NCBI RefSeq assembly: GCF_964355755.1
Contig: NC_092672.1
Location: 23,759,237 to 23,823,236, forward strand
DNA: 64,000 bases
Source: Antedon mediterranea
Lineage: Eukaryota > Animalia > Echinodermata
Reading direction: 5' to 3'
The position numbers were made by a program, and so were the translations under genes. Below are positions 53,601 to 64,000 of the stretch, in pieces (the stretch's first letter is position 1; the number at the start of each line of letters is the position of its first letter). Below the pieces are notes generated by a model. That model saw nothing but the letters and a program-made list of their open reading frames with translations, did not search any database and had not been told where the DNA came from.

Positions 53601-55305
53601 AACCCAGGGCCAGAGAATGAAATGGAAAAGAATAAGGGCCAGTATTTTTTAAGATAAAAAGCTAATAATTAATATTTGAGGTTTCTCACTAATTAACAGT
53701 GATTTCCTCCAAATTATTTACATGTTGCAGTTTATAGATGTATTGTCCCTTTGTCAAATTCCAAAAAAATAAAAATAAAAAGATTTTGAAAAAAAGTGGG
53801 TCATTTTGAAGTATCATAATAGTTATTAACTTTCACCAAAAATTTGTTGAAAAAAAAATCATTTAACTGAAATACAGACGTTTTTTGGTTCAAAAAATAA
53901 CTTTGACTTCCAGTAAAAGTTTTCGATCAAAACATATCTTATAATGCAATGCGCTTATTTGGCTACTCTGTATGCATAACCATAAAACTTCCTCGCGATC
54001 TGTGTGAAATCACCTTCTCAATCCTAATTAGCATCATGAATAATGTATACTCATGGTTTAAAATCTTTGTTTACTTTTGCTCACGACTATTTTCCAGACG
54101 AAATGTAATCAAATTAATTTAGCTGATAATTACATAAAATTGTTGTTTTTGGCTCGAATTTTCGACTTAAAGTGAATAACTTTAATATTACTTTGATATG
54201 GCCAATAAAAATTTAGTATATTTTGATTTTAATTTTTTTGTGTTTCAAGGGACAATACATCTTTAAAGTAATAACATTACACTGTCCATCAATTTATTAT
54301 TAACCACTATGATCTTTTATAAAGAATAACTATTCATTTGAAGTTAATTAGATTTTTACAAATTGTTGCATGATGTAGGTGAATTAATTGTCCATCACAA
54401 ATATACCTTCAGTGTATCATTTTGTCATGTCTTTGTATTTTGGGTATGAATTCTCTATAAAATCGCATTTCAGTAATTTTAATTTTGTTGCTCAGTCAGA
54501 GTGTAGTCAGATAGTATACAAAAATGAGTTGAAAGATTAATTTATTCATTCAAGTTCACCTTTTGGTTGTTTTATTATCTATATTAATTGCTGTACTAGC
54601 TTTATTTTAATCATTTTTCAGTCATCCTGTTGTTTGGTAGTATAAAAGAATGTTCAAAATGTTGCTGCTGAACTTATTTCCAATCTGTTACATCAGCCTT
54701 CTTTTATTGTGCGTTTTAAGTCCATGAAAAAAGATTTAGTAACATAAATTTAAACTTTTGTTTTTATTTTAGGTGAAATATCTGAAGATAACTATCGGGA
54801 ACTGCTTAGCAAAGTGTCATCGTGGTTCAAAGAATCAGAAAAAGTCAACCTATTGAAAGTTATACTTTGCAAGTGTGAACATATTTCTGTTGTAGAAATA
54901 GAAAGAAGGAATGATCCATTTGAGCTGTTTAAGTTACTTGAAGGTCCTGGAATCATTAGCCAATCAAATATCGATGTTCTCATTGAAATCATTGCAATAG
55001 GAAGGATGGAGGGTGTGTACGAAAGCATCAAGCAGTTGATACCAACCTTTGCTGGATTTGAGAAATTAATCATCTCTGAACGCTGGAATGATGTACGAAA
55101 GGTCATCAGATTTGGTCTTAATATAAGTAACGCAGATAAAGTAAAAATTGGACAGTTGCGTGGCCTGAAGGTTAAGGAATCGGATGATGTTTGGATTTTA
55201 ATATTTAAGTTAGTAATGAAAGATACTTTCACTAAAAAGAGCACAGAATTCGTTCGACTACTTAAGGACAATGACATGGATATCCTTGCTACATTATTGG
55301 AATAG
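38647..55305 (+). CDS. ROCO-family protein 3' portion (808 aa): partial Roc GTPase (G3, degenerate G4), COR, and two C-terminal death-effector-domain-like repeats; no P-loop exon found
   Basis: Phase-consistent, stop-free GT-AG exons 38647-38736, 38839-38878, 38990-39024, 39385-39409, 40097-40248 (IWDHGGQLIYQGIHQ), 40781-40870 (AVYVAVFDLSK), 41372-41551 (ILVVGTHK), 41972-42214 (IPLKW), 44489-44686 (LNFLYDLGDIIYL...VVLDP), 45233-45427, 47110-47409 (FFVPLRL), 47653-47733, 48504-48705, 49242-49304, 54773-55305 (YRELLSKVS...ELFKLLEGPGIISQSNIDVLIEI). Confidence 0.85.
41085..41150 (+). mobile_element. Decayed tRNA-derived head (SINE-like)
   Basis: A-box TGGTCTAATGG and B-box GGTTCGAGTCTC with the anticodon arm missing. 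Confidence 0.45.
42350..43920 (+). mobile_element. Decayed non-LTR retrotransposon (Rex1/Babar-like RT fragments) in a ROCO intron
   Basis: GPDGIS...LNDYRPIALTSNPMKCLERII...QFAYKPNIGVDDAV, frameshifted FIDFSSAFN, then GAPQGS; many stops. Confidence 0.85.
45905..46856. mobile_element. Non-autonomous Helentron-like element
   Basis: 5' TTTCCGCACTTGG and 3' CGGATAACC...GACGAGTTCAAATCTAGTTTT, shared with the element at 50670-51908. Confidence 0.55.
50670..53180. mobile_element. Same Helentron-like family: full unit 50670-51908 followed by partial tandem copies
   Basis: 5' TTATCCGCACTTGGCGGATAA (twice), 3' CGGATAACC...GACGAGTTCAAATCTAGTTTT; internal block repeated at ~50820, ~51940 and ~52380. 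Confidence 0.6.
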
Positions 55306-55720
55306 ATAGAATACAAGATAACAATACATAACATGTGACAACATAACACTGAATTAACATTCTACTACTTAAGGACAATGACATGGATATCCTTGCTACA
55401 TTATTGGAATAGATAAAATACAAGATAACAATACATAACATGTGACAACATAACACTGAATTAACATTCTACTACTTAAAGACAATGACATGGATAGCCT
55501 TGCTACATTATTGGAATAGATAATACAAGATAACAATACATAACATGTGACAACATAACACTGAATTAACATTCTACTACATAAAGACAATGACATGGAT
55601 AGCCTTTCTACATTATTGGAATAGATAAAATACAAGATAGCAATACATAACATGTGACAACATAACACTGAATTAACATTCTACTACTTAAAGACAATGA
55701 CATGGATAGCCTTTCTATGT
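55257..55720 (+). repeat. ~107-bp tandem repeat (~4.5 copies) made of the last codons, stop and start of the 3'UTR of the ROCO gene
   Basis: Unit begins CTACTTAAGGACAATGACATGGAT (LLKDNDMDILATLLE*). Confidence 0.93.
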
Positions 55721-56249
55721 TTTGAAATAGATACAATTTAAATGTGACAACATAACTATTAGAATCGGAATTAGCACTCTATATCATAGTAATTTAAAGA
55801 GAAACCTGATTTAAAAGGTGACTAAAATTGAATAACAGTTCAGTTGGATTTTTTTTTAATATACTAATTACAACCAATCAAAATCTGAATTTGATTGTAA
55901 AGAACCTGTAAAGTTTTATTAAATACAGTCAACTCATCCAAAACCATACCTTTAATGTCCCATTTTTTACCATTATTCAGAAAACCAGACATATTAGCTC
56001 AGCCCAAGGCTGTCCTGTTTTGGAGAGTTGACTGTATTATTAAATTATTTATCGGTTATTGTAATAATTTTTCAAACACAAGACAAATATTTAATCTTGG
56101 AAAAATTCATACAGTAGATTCAGATTTAAAATTTCTTGATGGCCGATACAACTTCTCTGTCCTTAAGGAGTATACAGACAGCTGAAGTTTAAAGATGAAA
56201 TGTAGCTTACTGTCACAAGTCTAACCTTTTTTTGCAAACCATATCTCTC

Positions 56250-57200
56250 TGTATTTGTAGCCTCTTTATCTACCCACTTGACTAGACTCATTAATGTACA
56301 ATATATAGCATGTGATGGATCATGTAGATATGGAAGGCAACAAACAACTGACATATACCATTTTAAATGTCTATGTTTTTGTAGCCTCTTTATCTACCCA
56401 CTAGACTAGACTCATTAATGTACAATTGATAGCATGTGATGGATCATGTAGATATGGAAGGCAACAAACAACTGACATACACCATTTTAAATCTCTATGT
56501 TTTTGTAGCCTCTTTATCTACCCACTAGACTAGACTCATTAATGTACAATATATAGCATCTGATGCATCATGTAGATATGGAAGGCAACAAACAACTGAC
56601 ATACACCATTTTAAATGTCTATGTTTTTGTAGCCTCTTTATCTATCCACTAGACTAGACTCATTAATGTACAATAGATGGCATCTGATGCATCATGTAGA
56701 TATGGAAGGCAACAAACAACTGACATAGACCATTTTAAATGTCTATGTATTTGTAGCCTCTTTATCTATCCACTAGACTAGACTCATTAATATACAATAG
56801 ATAGCATCTGATGCATCATGTAGATATGAAAGACAACAAACAACTGACATACACCATTTTAAATCTCTATGTTTTTGTAGCCTCTTTATCTATCCACTAG
56901 ACTAGACTCATTAATGTACAATATATAGCATCTGATGCATCATGTAGATATGGAAGACAACAAACAACTGACATACACCATTTTAAATCTCTATGTTTTT
57001 GTAACCTCTATGTTTTTGTAACCTCTTTATCTACCCACTAGACTAGACTCATTAATGTACAATAGATAGCATGTGATGCATCATGTAGATATGGAAGACA
57101 ACAAACAACTGACATACACCATTTTAAATGTCTATGTTTTTGTAACCTCTTTATCTACCCACTAGACTAGACTCATTAATGTACAATAGATAGCATGTGA
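56250..57200. repeat. 124-bp minisatellite, about 7.5 copies
   Basis: Period 124 (GTAGCCTC at 56257, 56381, 56505). Confidence 0.95.
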
Positions 57201-58186
57201 TAGGAATAATTATTTCAATGTAGTTTTTTTCAGGTACTTTATAGTTGTTGCTTTGTCTTTTTTCCAATTTATATTTGTGTATGTTTTTTTTACAATCAAT
57301 CGTTGTGAGTTTATTTTAAATACTTACATATTATTGTAACTGTTAAAGCTTTGTACATTATATTATATACGTTATGAAATAAAATGTGAATAAGATGATT
57401 TATTGTTAAAGATTTGTACATTATATTATATACATTATGAAATAAAATGTGAATAAGATGATTTATTTTTGTATATAGACAATTGTAAAAATGAACACAT
57501 TTAATATTGTGTGTTTATATGATGTGGGATTTTTAGGTGGAAGTGTGTTAACAGATAACAATAGTGATAGTGACAATAATAATGCACAGTTACAATACTG
57601 ATAACAATGTAGTCACTCATATAAACAAATAAAATATATAAATATTATTATATAATTTACTTACATAATGAGGACATGTTCACCTAAAGAGGGTGAGTGC
57701 TGGCTGTGTACAGGCTGATAGTCATTAAATTGTTTACACAACTTTTACCTGCTGCCACAATATTAGGTTAATTACATTTGGTATTTTAAGATGGAAATTA
57801 TCTGCAATTTTGAGGCAATTTTTATGAAGTTTAAAAATCCAATAAATTGAAAGAAGAATACCAATGTAATATAATAGTTTTTGTATGTTTTTTTTTTCTG
57901 TAGGTAGGTTATGCAAACATTATGAATTATTCATCATGTGTAGTGCATCAGCTATGTTTGTTATAATGAATTGCTGTGTTTCAAAAAAATCATCAGAAAA
58001 TCACTATATTAATTTATTTTGTGCATTATGAGAAATGCAGTTTATGGCTCAGCAAATGATACAAACTAGGGGATTTAATGTATTACCAGTCTGTGGTACA
58101 AGGGTTGTTGTTATTGTAATTATTAGGCCCATTATTGACAGTCCATTGGGGGAAACAACAAAAGCTGAGCCGAAAATGGTTCTTAC

Positions 58187-58987
58187 CAAAGAATATATGT
58201 CACAAGAATGAGTAATCCGCGATTTTCCCTGTAACAGTAATATTGTCCATGTGGTAGGGCGCCGCCATAAGTAAGGATGGATACAACTTTTTGTGACGGT
58301 TACACTAATCTAAGCCTGCACCACCGGTAGTATTTTCATGATAAAAAATGTTATAAACTACATGCCAACATCATGTTAAATGCTGTTTGGATATTTAATT
58401 GTTCGTTTCATGCAATTTATGTAGTAAAAACTGCCGAATAAACATTTCGCTTCATCAACCGGGCGTGAATTGGTGTTTACGCGTTTTCACGAAGGATAGT
58501 TTAATAATATTTCTATATTTAACTTGTTTCTGGTAAAACAAATAAATGTTAATGAAATTTAACATTGTATCCTATTAATAATATGTATTTTTTACTAATT
58601 TATATCTTAAAAACAATACTTAATTTACCGGGCGTAGATTAATACGCGGCAATGGTAAAGAATAGGCCGTGCTGAGTAACGCTTCGTTGATTTTTGGTGT
58701 TGCTGTTAGGCTTTTTTGTGAACTAATTTAGTATGGTAGTAAATAATTTTCTGTAGAAGGGTGTACACTAGTTTGGTATTATATATGCATTATAAAATGT
58801 TTTACAATTGCAAAATATATTATCATAATTCTATTTAATCATAATGTGACATGTATAATATCTATTAAATCAAGTCTTATTTAGTCTGTATACATCCGCA
58901 TCCCATCTGAGGGTGGGCATCACTCTCTGTTACAAATTTATCATGCAAAAATCGCGGAATACTCATTCTTGTGATATATATTCTTTG
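58187..58987. mobile_element. P-element-like MITE
   Basis: TIR CAAAGAATATAT(G/A)TCACAAGAATGAGTA..CCGCGATTTT; 7-bp TSD TTCTTAC at 58180-58186 and 58988-58994. Confidence 0.8.
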
Positions 58988-59078
58988 TTCTTACTAAAAT
59001 CTCAATAATCTCAAATCAACTGATGGTCGGCGACGTTGACATTCCGAACAGAATACCTCCGACTCGTTTCGTTGATAT

Positions 59079-62000
59079 TGTTGTATTATGGTATAGCGCC
59101 CTCTAGAATGATGAGCATTCTTGAATATTATTGTACAGCTGCAGTGTAGCATAAAGGGAACAGCACGGGAGTGTTGTGGGGGTTACAATAGTTAGATACA
59201 ATAGTGATATACAATAGTGAGTGAGTGAATAAAGACGGTTACACACCAAGCTGGTTTAAGTGTTCTTTTATTACTGTGTACTTTGTAATGACTGGATACT
59301 ACATGGTGGCAGCGAGTGTTTTATGTACCCAGCCATTGTGAATTGTGTTGTGAACTGGTCAAGTTTGTGATTGTTTTTTACGGTGTGTCGTGTGCATACG
59401 TCGTACTAACTGAGCAAGATGGCGGAGCCAGAGGTAAATATGGCTGTTCGTGGTGATTCGTTTCTCGTGGGACAAATTGGTCCGTTTGACAGTGAAGCGG
59501 AGGAAATAGCGGACTACCTTGAACGCTTTGAATTATATTTTCTTGCTAATGATGTGTCGGATGTGAAAAAAACGCCGGTATTACTTAGTGTCATAGGACC
59601 AAAGATCTACAAGATTGTTAAAAGCTTGTGTGAGCCGGATTGTGTAAAGACAAAGTCGTATTCTGATATTTGTCAGTTGTTACTTCAACATTTTCGTTCA
59701 AAACGTTTGGTGATTGCAGAACGTTACCGATTTTATAAACGTAGTCAACGGACGGAGGAAAGTGTTGCCCAATATGCAGTTGAACTGAAACATTTAGCTA
59801 GTACATGTGAATTTGGTCCATTTTTGGATGATGCATTACGAGATCGGCTAGTTTGTGGTTTGTTACGGGATAGTATACAAAGGAAATTACTTACTATGGA
59901 AAAGGGTAAATTTCAGCAAATTGTTGATCAAGCTAAAATGATGGAGACCACTATGAAGGATTTACTTGTTATTAAAGGGGAGACACAACCAGATGGTCAA
60001 AGTGCCAGTGTACAAGGTATTAATCGTCGTCCTCCTCGTGGTAAATACATGAAATCTCAAAATCATGGAACGCCGGTAACTTGTGGTAATTGCCGTAATT
60101 GTGGACACTCTAAAGAGAATCATTTTAAATGCCCAGCGAAGGGTAAGAAATGTCATAACTGTTCGAAGATGGGTCATTTTGGACGTATGTGTCGAGCTAA
60201 ACTGCAACAGAGGAAACTAAAAGCTGTTCAAACTGTGGGTGAGGATGGTGGATCTAGCGATGATGATTGCGAGTTATTTCTTGGAACAGTGCATCAAACT
60301 TGTGGTGAACGCAATTTGTGGAGAGCAGATGTTTTAGTGGAAAACATTGAGGTGAATTTCCTGTTAGACACTGGTTCTGAAGTAAATATTTTGCCTAAAC
60401 ATTTATTTGAGAGCTTGAATTCAAATAAATCATTACAGCCAAACAAAACTAAATTGGTTGGTTTTTTTGGTGGTCAAGCCATACCCTTAGGGCAAACTAT
60501 GTTAACATGTTATGTTAAAGGTTGCAGGTCCTCGGTGGATTTTCTTGTGCTTGAAAATGGAGAACCCGTACTGAGTAAAGATGTTTGTGAATCGCTTGGA
60601 TTGATTAAGCGGGTTAATATGTTATCAGAAGTGTTTAATGGACTGGGATGTTTGAAAGGATCGCCAGCTAAAATTAAACTTGTCAATAACTCTACTCCAT
60701 ATTGTGTACATACCCCTCGTCGAATACCTATACCTTTATTGCCAAAGGTGGAACAGGAATTAATTCGTATGGAAAAACAAGGAGTTATTAAACGTATCAT
60801 GGAACCAACAGAATGGTGTGCGCCTATTGTTATTGCTCCGAAAAAAAATGGTTCTATTCGCTTATGTGTAGACTTGCGCAATCTGAATAAATGTGTGCTA
60901 CGTGAACGTTTTGCAATTCCGACTATTGAGGATGTGGTTGGTAAAATTTCTGGGGCTAAGGTGTTTTCGACATTGGATGCAAAACAAGGGTTTTGGCAGA
61001 TTCCGCTTGAAGAAGACAGTCAACGCCTTACAACTTTTATTACTCCATTTGGAAGATACTGTTTTACACGTTTACCATTTGGTATAACGTCGGCACCAGA
61101 AATATATCAACGAGTCATGAGTGATATGTTAGCCCAAATGCCGGGTGTAGTTGTTTATATAGATGACGTTCTTGTTACAGGTAGAACTCAACAGGAACAT
61201 GATGATCGTTTGGAGAAAGTCTTGGACACTGTGTATAATATGGGTCTTCGCTTAAACAAAGAAAAGTCTTGTGTATCAAAATCTGAAGTTCAATTTCTTG
61301 GTTATACACTTGATAAAGATGGTTTGCATGCTAATTCGACTAAAGTTGCTGCTATTATTAATATGCCCATTCCAACTTCGAAAGGTGATGTGAAACGTTT
61401 TATGGGAATGATTAATTGGTTTTCTCGATTCATTCCGCATGCTTCTAGTGTGGCTGTGCCACTAAATGATTTGTTGAAAGATACGGTGGACTGGTTTTGG
61501 GATCATACTCAACAGGTCGCATTTTATCGTCTTAAGGAACTATTAATTACTACACCAACTTTAGCATTTTATGATCCTAAAAAACTAACTATGGTTAGTG
61601 CTGATGCTAGTTCATATGGTATTGGTGGGTGTATACTTCAACGTCAACATGATGACATGTGGCAACCTGTTGCATACTGTTCTCGTACTTTGACGTCTGC
61701 AGAAAAGAAATATGCGCAAATTGAGAAGGAACTTTTGGCTGCTGTATGGTCATGTGATCGCTTCTATACTTACCTTAGAGGACTTAAAGTGTTAATACAA
61801 ACTGATCATAAACCATTAGTACCTTTAATTAACTCTAAAGATTTGTGCGATGCTCCATTGCGATGTCAAAGATTGTTGATGCGTCTTATGAAGTATAATT
61901 GTTGTGCAGAGTACACGCCTGGAAAATATCTTGTAATTGCTGATACGTTGTCGCGTGCTCCACAACTTGATTATGTTGCTCAACCACAGGATATAGAACT

Positions 62001-63690
62001 TGAACAAGAATTATTGGTCCATGTTAGCATGGTTGCTAAACATTGGCCTGCATCGGATGCGAGACTTCATGAAATTGTTCATGAAACTATTAAGGACAAA
62101 ACATTAAATTTAATTTTGTCATATGTTGTTAATGGATGGCCGAAATGCGCAAAAGATGTAACGTCTGATGTTAAACCATACTGGGATGCTCGTGATCACA
62201 TTAGTGTGATTGATGGTATTTTGACTTATGGTGAGCGTATAATTATTCCAACAGTTCTACGAGCTGAAATGCTTTTGAGAATTCACTCTGGACACTTTGG
62301 AATTACTAAATGTCGACTTCGAGCTAAGGAAGCCGTTTGGTGGCCGTCTATTGGGGCACAAATTGCTGAATACGTGAGTAGATGCGAACATTGTACAACT
62401 AAAAAACCTGCACAGAAAGCAGAGCCATTAATGCAATTTCCACTTCCAGATCGTCCATGGCAACGCATTGCATGTGATTTAGCGGAGGTGGCGGGTAAAC
62501 AGTATCTGATTGTTGTGGATTGTTACTCCAAGTGGATCGAGATACATCTTTTGCATAAATTGACGTCTGTTGCTGTGATTAATTTTTTGAAGGATATCTT
62601 TGCTAGGTTTGGGATACCAGAAACTGTTGTTACGGATAATGGTCCACAGTTTTTGGGTGAATTTCGCCAGTTTGCACAAAGCTATAATTTTCAGCATGTT
62701 ACTACTAGTCCATACCATTCTCAAGCGAATGGACAAGCAGAGAAGGCTGTGCATATAGCTAAAAACATTATTAATCAATCTGATTACCTTTCAGCTTTAA
62801 TGGTTTATCGATCTACAGCAATACCTAGCCTTGGATTGAGCCCAGCGGTGTTGCTAATGGGAAGAGAGATTCGTACATCTCTACCTCAATTGCCTGTAAA
62901 ACTTAAGCCACATACACCAAATTGGAATGATATTCATGCTGCGGATAAAGTGCATAAGCAGAAAGCAAAAGTGTACTACAACTCCAGACATGGTGTGGGA
63001 ACATTGAAAGAACTTAAGCCAGGGGATAAAGTTAAAATCAGAGCAAAGCATGGATGGGGTTCGACTGGACGAATTATTTCCAAGAAAGCACCTCGTTCTT
63101 ATATTGTGGAGGTAAATGGAAGGACTTATGTTCGTAATCGTCGTCATATATTGTATGCCTCACATTCCATATTGAACTCAGAAGATGATTTTGCTGACTT
63201 TGATATTACGATGTCTGATACTAATACAGTACAATCAAATGAACAGAATGTATTGCCTATTGTAACTTCACAAGAAGTACCTCAGCCTGTACGACGGTCT
63301 TCTAGACAAAAGACTGTACCGGTCTGGCATTCAGATTATGATATGAACTTTTAGAAGTTTTTTAAAATTTGATATGTACTGGCTTTTGTATGAATATATA
63401 ATGTTTATTATGATAATTATTTTATGCCATGATGTTAATGTTGGTATTCATTTTTCCTGAAAGGGGGGATGTTGTATTATGGTATAGCGCCCTCTAGAAT
63501 GATGAGCATTCTTGAATATTATTGTACAGCTGCAGTGTAGCATAAAGGGAACAGCACGGGAGTGTTGTGGGGGTTACAATAGTTAGATACAATAGTGATA
63601 AACAATAGTGAGTGAATAAAGACGGTTACACACCAAGCTGGTTTAAGTGTTCTTTTATTACTGTGTACTTTGTAATGACTGGATACTACA
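59079..63690 (+). mobile_element. Full-length Ty3/Gypsy (Mag-like) LTR retrotransposon
   Basis: LTRs 59079-59303 and 63470-63690 (TG...CA), 5-bp TSD GATAT, PBS TGGTGGCAGCG at 59304 (tRNA-Leu 3' end), PPT AAGGGGGGA before the 3' LTR. Confidence 0.97.
59419..63354 (+). CDS. Gag-Pol polyprotein, 1311 aa, intact
   Basis: Two CCHC knuckles, protease LLDTGSE, RT YIDD, RNase H ADAS, integrase HHCC and DDE core (CDL, TDNGPQF, AEKAV), in Gypsy order. Confidence 0.97.
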   Translation: MAEPEVNMAVRGDSFLVGQIGPFDSEAEEIADYLERFELYFLANDVSDVKKTPVLLSVIGPKIYKIVKSLCEPDCVKTKSYSDICQLLLQHFRSKRLVIAERYRFYKRSQRTEESVAQYAVELKHLASTCEFGPFLDDALRDRLVCGLLRDSIQRKLLTMEKGKFQQIVDQAKMMETTMKDLLVIKGETQPDGQSASVQGINRRPPRGKYMKSQNHGTPVTCGNCRNCGHSKENHFKCPAKGKKCHNCSKMGHFGRMCRAKLQQRKLKAVQTVGEDGGSSDDDCELFLGTVHQTCGERNLWRADVLVENIEVNFLLDTGSEVNILPKHLFESLNSNKSLQPNKTKLVGFFGGQAIPLGQTMLTCYVKGCRSSVDFLVLENGEPVLSKDVCESLGLIKRVNMLSEVFNGLGCLKGSPAKIKLVNNSTPYCVHTPRRIPIPLLPKVEQELIRMEKQGVIKRIMEPTEWCAPIVIAPKKNGSIRLCVDLRNLNKCVLRERFAIPTIEDVVGKISGAKVFSTLDAKQGFWQIPLEEDSQRLTTFITPFGRYCFTRLPFGITSAPEIYQRVMSDMLAQMPGVVVYIDDVLVTGRTQQEHDDRLEKVLDTVYNMGLRLNKEKSCVSKSEVQFLGYTLDKDGLHANSTKVAAIINMPIPTSKGDVKRFMGMINWFSRFIPHASSVAVPLNDLLKDTVDWFWDHTQQVAFYRLKELLITTPTLAFYDPKKLTMVSADASSYGIGGCILQRQHDDMWQPVAYCSRTLTSAEKKYAQIEKELLAAVWSCDRFYTYLRGLKVLIQTDHKPLVPLINSKDLCDAPLRCQRLLMRLMKYNCCAEYTPGKYLVIADTLSRAPQLDYVAQPQDIELEQELLVHVSMVAKHWPASDARLHEIVHETIKDKTLNLILSYVVNGWPKCAKDVTSDVKPYWDARDHISVIDGILTYGERIIIPTVLRAEMLLRIHSGHFGITKCRLRAKEAVWWPSIGAQIAEYVSRCEHCTTKKPAQKAEPLMQFPLPDRPWQRIACDLAEVAGKQYLIVVDCYSKWIEIHLLHKLTSVAVINFLKDIFARFGIPETVVTDNGPQFLGEFRQFAQSYNFQHVTTSPYHSQANGQAEKAVHIAKNIINQSDYLSALMVYRSTAIPSLGLSPAVLLMGREIRTSLPQLPVKLKPHTPNWNDIHAADKVHKQKAKVYYNSRHGVGTLKELKPGDKVKIRAKHGWGSTGRIISKKAPRSYIVEVNGRTYVRNRRHILYASHSILNSEDDFADFDITMSDTNTVQSNEQNVLPIVTSQEVPQPVRRSSRQKTVPVWHSDYDMNF

Positions 63691-64000
63691 GATATGTTGA
63701 AGGAACAGACAATAAACTATTGGACAAAGCTACCTCGATTGCACAAAACAGTCAACTGGTCAACAGTCAGTATTTTTACAAATTTAAAAAACAAAGCTTG
63801 TGCGTGGATAAAGCAAAAGAACGATTCACGTGACGAGTAAAGGATCCTTTTCTTTACGACGTACTAGACGGAGTAGCACGACGCATCATTGGCGGTTACA
63901 GCCATGCAACCAGTGCTTGGCAATCTATTGCTCCAACCAAATTGAACAGGTTCGTACAATTTGAAAACGCAGATCTCGTCCTTCGCCATATATCATAGAA

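Noticed and set aside
57660-57975. Possible minus-strand exon ending in |gtaagt at ~57665
   Set aside because: No recognisable protein motif, and stops in the frames examined.

Overview
AT-rich, intron-rich animal (invertebrate) nuclear DNA with four zones. (1) 1-~14939: a giant near-perfect palindrome (arms 1-5382 and 5457-14137, 74-bp spacer) made of a deletion-riddled Polinton/Maverick (adintovirus-like) genome. Only fragments of integrase, protein-primed PolB and packaging ATPase remain. Two accessory ORFs stay open: an acidic protein with SUMO-interacting-like motifs (both arms) and a Bcl-2-like protein (open in the right arm, stop in the left). The right arm alone carries a 2414-bp non-autonomous Helitron and an 879-bp insert flanked by a 6-bp direct repeat. 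A candidate Polinton terminus (AGTAGT on the minus strand) lies at 14939. (2) 15120-28810 (-): a myosin-XIX-like gene with nonsense, frameshift and deletion lesions, and three minisatellites grown from its own exon boundaries. (3) 29009-55305 (+): head-to-head with it, exons 1-5 of OGFOD2 (no catalytic domain) are followed by in-phase, stop-free exons of a Roc-COR + tandem DED-like protein that has no P-loop exon. This predicts a ~983-aa chimeric gene, whose intron 1 holds a four-level nest of DNA transposons. (4) 58187-63690: a P-element-like MITE and an intact Ty3/Gypsy LTR retrotransposon. All family assignments are by eye, from remembered motifs; no database searches were run.
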